Assembly: GCA_031409275.1 (NCBI GenBank)
Contig: JANNXA010000016.1
Coordinates: 128,001 to 192,000 of the forward strand
DNA: 64,000 nt
Direction of reading: 5' to 3'
Source of the DNA: Planctomycetota bacterium
GTDB taxonomy: Bacteria > Planctomycetota > B15-G4 > SIAN01
The notes beneath the pieces are model-generated. The model was not told the DNA's origin and did not search any database. It saw only the letters and a list, made by a program, of their open reading frames with translations. Made by a program: the position numbers and the translations under genes. This document shows, piece by piece, positions 58,881-64,000 of the stretch (the first letter of the stretch is position 1; the number at the start of each line of letters is the position of its first letter).

Positions 58881-59975
58881 CTACCCCTTCACCGTCGCGC
58901 CGCCGCAGCTCGAGCCGGCGCCGGCGGTGCAACCGAAGCAGTGCGGCGCCGTGAGGATCGAGCGCCCCTCGAGCAGCGTGCGCGGCGCGTCGTGGATGGT
59001 GAGCGGCCGGCCACCGGCGCCGGTCAACTCCATCTCGAGCATCTGGTTGAAGTCGCAGTCGAAGAGGCGGCCGTCCCAACCCACCGAAAGCGTGTTGCGG
59101 CACATGAGGCCGTCGACCGCGGCGGGGTTGAACGCGGCGACGAGCTTCGCCATGTAGTCGGCGAGGTTGCCCGACTCGGAGAGGAAGTCGAGGAAGCGGC
59201 TGATCGGCATGTTGGTGATGGCGAAGAGGCGGTCGAAGACGACGCCGAAGCGACGTTCGAGCTCGCGCTTCCACTCGCGTTCGAGCGACGCCTGACCGGC
59301 GGGCAGGAAGGCGCCGACCGGGTTGGTCACCAGGTTCAGCACGAGGCCCGATCCGGGCTTCCCGTAGCCGAGCGCGTTCAGCCGGCGCAGTGCGGCGATC
59401 GACTGCTCGAAGACGCCGTCGCCACGCTGCGCATCCGTCTGCTTGCCGGCGTAGAAGGGCAACGACGCGACGATCTCGACTTGATGTTCCGCGAGGAACT
59501 CCGGCAGGTCGGTGAAGCCGTTCGCGAGCGTGATGGTCAGGTTGCAACGATCCATCACCTTGGCGCCAGCGGCCCGCGCGCGCCGCACGAGGTCGCGGAA
59601 GCGAGGATGCATCTCGGGCGCACCACCGGTGATGTCGAGCGTCGGGATCTGCGCGTCGACCAGCAGCTTCATGCAGGCGTCGAGGACCGCGTCGCTCATC
59701 GACTCCTTGCGATCGGGGCCGGCGTCGACGTGACAGTGCTTGCAGGTCTGGTTGCAGACCTTCCCGACGTTCACCTGCAGGATCTCGATCTGCCCCGCGC
59801 GCAGCGGCGAGTGGCCGGCGCTTGCGCATGCGGCGGCGAAATCGCGAGCCAGCGGCAGCTCGCGCAGCTTGGCGATCTGACCGGCGGCGACCGCGAGCTC
59901 GTGGCCGCGGCGCGCGAGCGTCGGCTGGATCTTGATCGGGGCCGGCGCGCGGCCGGCGGAGTCTTGGGCGTTCAA
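58881..59975 (-). CDS. arsS: ArsS-like radical SAM protein (DUF3641 C-terminus)
   Basis: CNQTCKHCH, DITGGAPE, MCRNTLSVGWDG, DCDFNQML, HCFGCTAGAGSSCGG; start approximate. Confidence 0.85.
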   Translation of the reverse strand: MNAQDSAGRAPAPIKIQPTLARRGHELAVAAGQIAKLRELPLARDFAAACASAGHSPLRAGQIEILQVNVGKVCNQTCKHCHVDAGPDRKESMSDAVLDACMKLLVDAQIPTLDITGGAPEMHPRFRDLVRRARAAGAKVMDRCNLTITLANGFTDLPEFLAEHQVEIVASLPFYAGKQTDAQRGDGVFEQSIAALRRLNALGYGKPGSGLVLNLVTNPVGAFLPAGQASLEREWKRELERRFGVVFDRLFAITNMPISRFLDFLSESGNLADYMAKLVAAFNPAAVDGLMCRNTLSVGWDGRLFDCDFNQMLEMELTGAGGRPLTIHDAPRTLLEGRSILTAPHCFGCTAGAGSSCGGATVKG

Positions 59976-60006
59976 GGGAGCGGGGTCCTTTGCGGCTCGC
60001 CGGCCG

Positions 60007-60339
60007 TCACATCGACAGCTTGTGGACGTGGCCGCACATCTGCACGCCATGGACGAGCGTCGCGCCGCCGCGGATCGCCGCCGCGACGTGGACCGCCTCG
60101 GTCATCTGCGCCGCGTCGGCCCCCTTTTCGAGGCAGGTGGTCGAGTAGGCGTCGATGCAGTAGGGGCACTGCACCGCGTGGGCGACGGCCAGCGCGATCA
60201 GCGACTTCTCCCGCTCGCTCAGCGCGCCGTCGGCGAAGACGGCGCCGTACCAGGCGAGGAACTTCTGCCAGAGCTCGGGCGCGTCCTTGCCGATCGTGCC
60301 GAAGTCCTTCAGGTGCTGCGGGTCGTAGTAGTTCGACAT
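60007..60339 (-). CDS. AhpD/CMD-family peroxidase-like protein typically paired with arsS
   Basis: ALSEREKSLIALAVAHAVQCPYCIDAY, LVHGVQM. Confidence 0.9.
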   Translation of the reverse strand: MSNYYDPQHLKDFGTIGKDAPELWQKFLAWYGAVFADGALSEREKSLIALAVAHAVQCPYCIDAYSTTCLEKGADAAQMTEAVHVAAAIRGGATLVHGVQMCGHVHKLSM

Positions 60340-60446
60340 CAGGAACTCCGAAGGATCGTGCGGCGGCTATCGATGCCGCCAACGAGCGGCGGGAGTCTAC
60401 GCCGCTACGCAGCCGACGCGTGCCGCGGATGGAGGGCGGCGTTCCT

Positions 60447-60878
60447 TCACGTGCGTGGCGGCGGCGGCAGCGGCGCGAGGCTCCGCCACGGCTCGTCGTG
60501 GGCGACGTCGATCAGCGGAGGGCCCTTGCAGTTCGCCGGCGAGAGGATCGCGAGGAAGGTGCATGGCACCGCGAACACGTTGTAGCTGCCATGGACCGTG
60601 TCGCGCGGGATGTGGGCGAGCTCGCCGGCGCGCAGCAGCCGCTTCTCCCGGCCGACGAACTGCTCGATCTGGCCGTCGAGCACGTAGAGCGCCTCCTCGA
60701 ATTCCGGGTGGCGATGGAAGGCGTGCGCCTTGCCCGGCGGCATGCGGACGCGGACCACTTGCAGCTCGCGCGCGTCGGTCAGCCCAGGCCGGCACAACCA
60801 CTCGTGCGGCCCCCACGGCAGCTGCTCGATCTGGCACTCCGCATCGGTCACGAACTTCAGAAACTCGCACGCGCACAT
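60447..60878 (-). CDS. Cupin-domain protein
   Basis: HAFHRHPEFEEALYVLDG...HIPRDTVH. Confidence 0.88.
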   Translation of the reverse strand: MCACEFLKFVTDAECQIEQLPWGPHEWLCRPGLTDARELQVVRVRMPPGKAHAFHRHPEFEEALYVLDGQIEQFVGREKRLLRAGELAHIPRDTVHGSYNVFAVPCTFLAILSPANCKGPPLIDVAHDEPWRSLAPLPPPPRT

Positions 60879-60887
60879 CACCAGCTC

Positions 60888-61074
60888 CACCGGTGGCGGG
60901 GATCTTTCCACCGCCGTTCCCGCACCGTCCGCGCGCTCGTCTACCTCGATCGCCCCGGGAGAAGAAGTCGCGGATCGCGTCGGAACTCGAACCGACGACA
61001 GCCTGCTCGATCGCACCCCGACGCGTCCCCCGAGAACAGGGTGCGGAAACGGTGGTGGAAAGATCCCCGCCACC
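60888..61074. repeat. MITE/REP-like element with about 35-bp imperfect inverted arms, same family as 43433-43628
   Basis: Left arm 60888-60926 and right arm 61040-61074 are near reverse complements. Confidence 0.8.
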
Positions 61075-61343
61075 TGTTACGCGCGCGCCACCTGTTAGGC
61101 GCGCTGCGCCGAGCGCGATGGCGATCCGAAGTCGATGGCATCGCACGCCGCCAGCATCGTCGACCCCGCGAGCGGCACAAGTTTCCGTCCAAGAGGCCCG
61201 CTCGCAACGCCGTGCTGGCCAGATTCACTAAGCGCGCGCCCTGAACGCCACCGATCCAGAAGGAGCTTGTGGCGACGCTTCTCGCTCGTTGCACAATCGC
61301 CGTCCTACCGCATCAACGGAGCTCGACCTCGATGAGGATCTCG

Positions 61344-61850
61344 ATGACCACGAATGGCGCTGCTCGCCGCGGCTTCTCGCTGATGGAAGTGATCGTCGCG
61401 GTCTCGGTGCTCGCGTTGCTCGCCGGCGTGCTCACGCCGATGGTGGGCAGCGTGGTCGAGGAGAACAAGAAGTCGCGCGCGGCCGACGACTGCAAGGCGA
61501 TCGCGCAGGCGATCGGCGCCTACCTTGCCGACGTCGGCACCTATCCGCCCGGCATGCAGGCCGACTCGACCTACAACTACGGCAACGCCGCCTACTTCGA
61601 TTACGGCGCCGAGGTGCTGAACACGTGGCTCGTCGAAGGGCCGAAGAAGTACCTCGAGAAGCCGATCGGCAACGACCCGTGGGGCACGCCCTACAGCTAC
61701 CACTGCTACACGCGCAGCAACCCCTACATGGACGTCGCCGTCTTCTCGCACGGCCCGAACAAGGCGTGCGAGTCGTGGGACGGCGCGCTCTGGAACAAGG
61801 GCAAGTTCGGCGGCGACGACCTCGGAGCCTTCTTCGACTTCACGCGCTGA
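61344..61850 (+). CDS. GspG-like pseudopilin / type IV pilin
   Basis: RRG|FSLMEV N-methylation site; DVGTYP; DPWGTPY; SHGPN. Confidence 0.88.
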   Translation: MTTNGAARRGFSLMEVIVAVSVLALLAGVLTPMVGSVVEENKKSRAADDCKAIAQAIGAYLADVGTYPPGMQADSTYNYGNAAYFDYGAEVLNTWLVEGPKKYLEKPIGNDPWGTPYSYHCYTRSNPYMDVAVFSHGPNKACESWDGALWNKGKFGGDDLGAFFDFTR

Positions 61851-61977
61851 CGACAAAACGGCTCGGACGCGCCATCCTGTCCTCGGCGGCGAGCGCACGC
61901 CGCCTCGGACAACACCGACCACCGCCGAAAAGCCATTTTCAGCAGCGGTTTACGGCGAAAAAGTGCACCTCGTCAGA

Positions 61978-61995
61978 TCGGCACACCGCGTGCAA
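61978..61995 (+). promoter_or_regulatory. Candidate sigma-54 promoter for clpB
   Basis: TCGGCACACCGCGTGCAA: GG(61980-81)-N10-GC(61992-93), about 80 bp upstream of the ATG. Confidence 0.5.
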
Positions 61996-62073
61996 TGACT
62001 CCCATGCAAGGCCGGCGGACGGGGCTCGTGAGCTCGATTCCCCGCCGACCGAAGTCGCGATGGGGAGTCGTTC

Positions 62074-64000
62074 ATGAATCCGCAGAAGTTGACCGAGAGC
62101 GTCCAGTCGGCGTTGCAGGCCGCGCAGGCCGAAGCGACGCGCCGCAGTCAGCAGGCGGTCGATGTCGAGCACCTCGCGCTCGCGCTGCTGCAGCAGGACG
62201 ACGGCCTCTTCCGCCGCCTCCTCGAGCGAATGGGGAGCGATCGCGCCTTCCTCGAAGGGTCGCTCGCCAAGGCGCTCGATCGAGCGCCGCGTGTGGCGGG
62301 ACCGGGCAGCGAACCGGGTCAGGTCTACGTCGCCCAGCGCCTCTCGAAGCTGCTCGTCGACGCCGACGACAAGCGCAAGCGGATGAACGACGACTTCGTC
62401 AGCGTCGAGCATGTCGTGCTCGCGATGATCGAGGAGAAGGGCGACGCAGCGGCCGCGCGCGCGTTGCGCGAAGCGGGCGTCACCGCGAAGGGATTCGAGT
62501 CGGCGCTGAAGCAGGTTCGCGGCAGCCAGCGCGTCACCTCGAGCAACCCCGAAGGAACCTACGACGCGCTCTCGAAGTACGGTCGCGATCTCGTCGCGCT
62601 CGCCCGCGAAGGCAAGATCGATCCGGTGATCGGCCGCGACGACGAGATCCGGCGCGTCATCCGGACCCTGTCGCGCCGCACCAAGAACAACCCGGTCCTC
62701 ATCGGCGCGCCAGGCGTCGGCAAGACCGCGATCGTCGAAGGGCTCGCGCAACGCATCGTCCGCGGCGACGTGCCCGAGGGGCTGCGCGACTGCACGGTCT
62801 ACGCGCTCGACATGGGAGCGCTGATCGCTGGCGCCAAGTTCCGCGGCGAATTCGAGGAGCGGCTGAAGGCGGTCCTCGCCGAGGTCAAGCAGGCCGCCGG
62901 CCGCATCATCCTCTTCATCGACGAGCTGCACACGATCGTCGGTGCCGGCAAGGCCGACGGCGCGATGGACGCCGGCAACATGCTGAAGCCGATGCTCGCC
63001 CGCGGCGAGCTGCACTGCATCGGCGCGACCACGCTCGATGAGTACCGCAAGCACATCGAGAAGGACGCCGCGCTCGAGCGGCGCTTCCAGACCGTGCTGG
63101 TCGAGGAGCCCAACGTCGACGACACGATCTCGATCCTGCGCGGGCTGCGCGAGCGCTTCGAGATCCACCACGGCGTCCGCATCCAGGACTCGGCGCTCGT
63201 CGCCGCGGCCACGCTCTCCCACCGCTACATCTCCGACCGCTTCCTGCCGGACAAGGCGATCGACCTCGTCGATGAGGCGGCCGCGGGCATCCGCATGGAG
63301 ATCACCTCCATGCCGACCGAGCTCGACGAAGTGACTCGCCGCGTGACCCAGCTCGAGATCGAGCGCGAAGCGCTGAAGAAGGAGAGCGACGCGGCCTCGA
63401 AGCAGCGCCTGGCCACGCTGCAGAAGGAGCTCGCCGAGCTGAAGGCCAAGGCCGACACGATGACCGCGCAGTGGAAGTCGGAGAAGGAGGGCATCGATGC
63501 GCTGAAGGTCGTGCGCGAGGAGATCGAGCGCACCAAGCAGCGCGTCGCCGAGGCGGAGCGCGGCTACGACCTCGAGAAGGCGGCGACTCTCAAGTACGGC
63601 CGCATGCCGGAACTCGAGCAGAAGCTGAAGGATCTCGAGAAGAAGACCGGCGGAACCAATGGCGGCGGCGCGCGTCTGCTGCGCGAAGAGGTCACGCCCG
63701 ACGAGATCGCCGAAGTCGTCGCGCGCTGGACCGGCATCCCGCTCACCAAGCTGATCGAGAGCGAGAAGCGGAAGCTCCTGCAGCTCGATCTGCACCTGCA
63801 TCAGCGCGTGATCGGCCAGGACGAAGCGGTGCGCGCCGTCGCGCAAGCGGTGTTGCGCGCGCGGGCGGGCCTGAAGGATCCCAAGCGCCCGACCGGCGTC
63901 TTCCTCTTCCTCGGACCGACCGGCGTCGGCAAGACGGAACTCGCGAAGGCCCTGGCCGAGCAGCTCTTCGACAGCGAGGAGTCGATGGTCCGCATCGACA
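62074..64000 (+). CDS. clpB: Chaperone ClpB, 3'-truncated by the window edge (missing from the ORF track)
   Basis: [38 protein letters not shown], coiled-coil M domain, [11 protein letters not shown]. Confidence 0.96.
   Translation, partial: MNPQKLTESVQSALQAAQAEATRRSQQAVDVEHLALALLQQDDGLFRRLLERMGSDRAFLEGSLAKALDRAPRVAGPGSEPGQVYVAQRLSKLLVDADDKRKRMNDDFVSVEHVVLAMIEEKGDAAAARALREAGVTAKGFESALKQVRGSQRVTSSNPEGTYDALSKYGRDLVALAREGKIDPVIGRDDEIRRVIRTLSRRTKNNPVLIGAPGVGKTAIVEGLAQRIVRGDVPEGLRDCTVYALDMGALIAGAKFRGEFEERLKAVLAEVKQAAGRIILFIDELHTIVGAGKADGAMDAGNMLKPMLARGELHCIGATTLDEYRKHIEKDAALERRFQTVLVEEPNVDDTISILRGLRERFEIHHGVRIQDSALVAAATLSHRYISDRFLPDKAIDLVDEAAAGIRMEITSMPTELDEVTRRVTQLEIEREALKKESDAASKQRLATLQKELAELKAKADTMTAQWKSEKEGIDALKVVREEIERTKQRVAEAERGYDLEKAATLKYGRMPELEQKLKDLEKKTGGTNGGGARLLREEVTPDEIAEVVARWTGIPLTKLIESEKRKLLQLDLHLHQRVIGQDEAVRAVAQAVLRARAGLKDPKRPTGVFLFLGPTGVGKTELAKALAEQLFDSEESMVRID

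Overview
High-GC bacterial chromosomal segment. A Planctomycetota-like lineage is inferred from gene content (sulfatase-like, HEAT, PEGA and secreted proteins, a DUF367 gene) but is not proven. About 52 densely packed CDS; no rRNA, tRNA, CRISPR array or transposase was recognised. In order: the end of a type IV pilus/T2SS minor-pilin operon; a coupled operon VTC polyphosphate polymerase, DUF4956, HlyD, TolC and a metallo-beta-lactamase-fold lipoprotein, with an acidic secreted protein upstream and a divergent OmpR-type two-component system; a class II photolyase; an ECF sigma/anti-sigma/DUF4097/PEGA/YidD-fusion operon; an ABC exporter; a surface-glycan region (two paralogous beta-propellers around a Thr-type sulfatase-like gene, several GT4/GT2 genes, a 1525-aa SPASM-like/GT2/coiled-coil/GT4 fusion and a DPY19-like GT-C protein); Tsr3-like and SNase genes; a thioredoxin-fold gene with an in-frame TGA at its redox motif (probable selenoprotein); a POT transporter with a large extracytoplasmic insert; housekeeping genes (TrmH-family, pdxH, S41 protease, ispH); an arsS-like radical SAM/AhpD-like pair; a pseudopilin; and the 5' part of clpB. 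The best candidates for undescribed systems are the putative polyphosphate synthesis-and-export operon and the DPY19-like glycosylation locus. All family assignments come from motif recognition by eye, without database searches.
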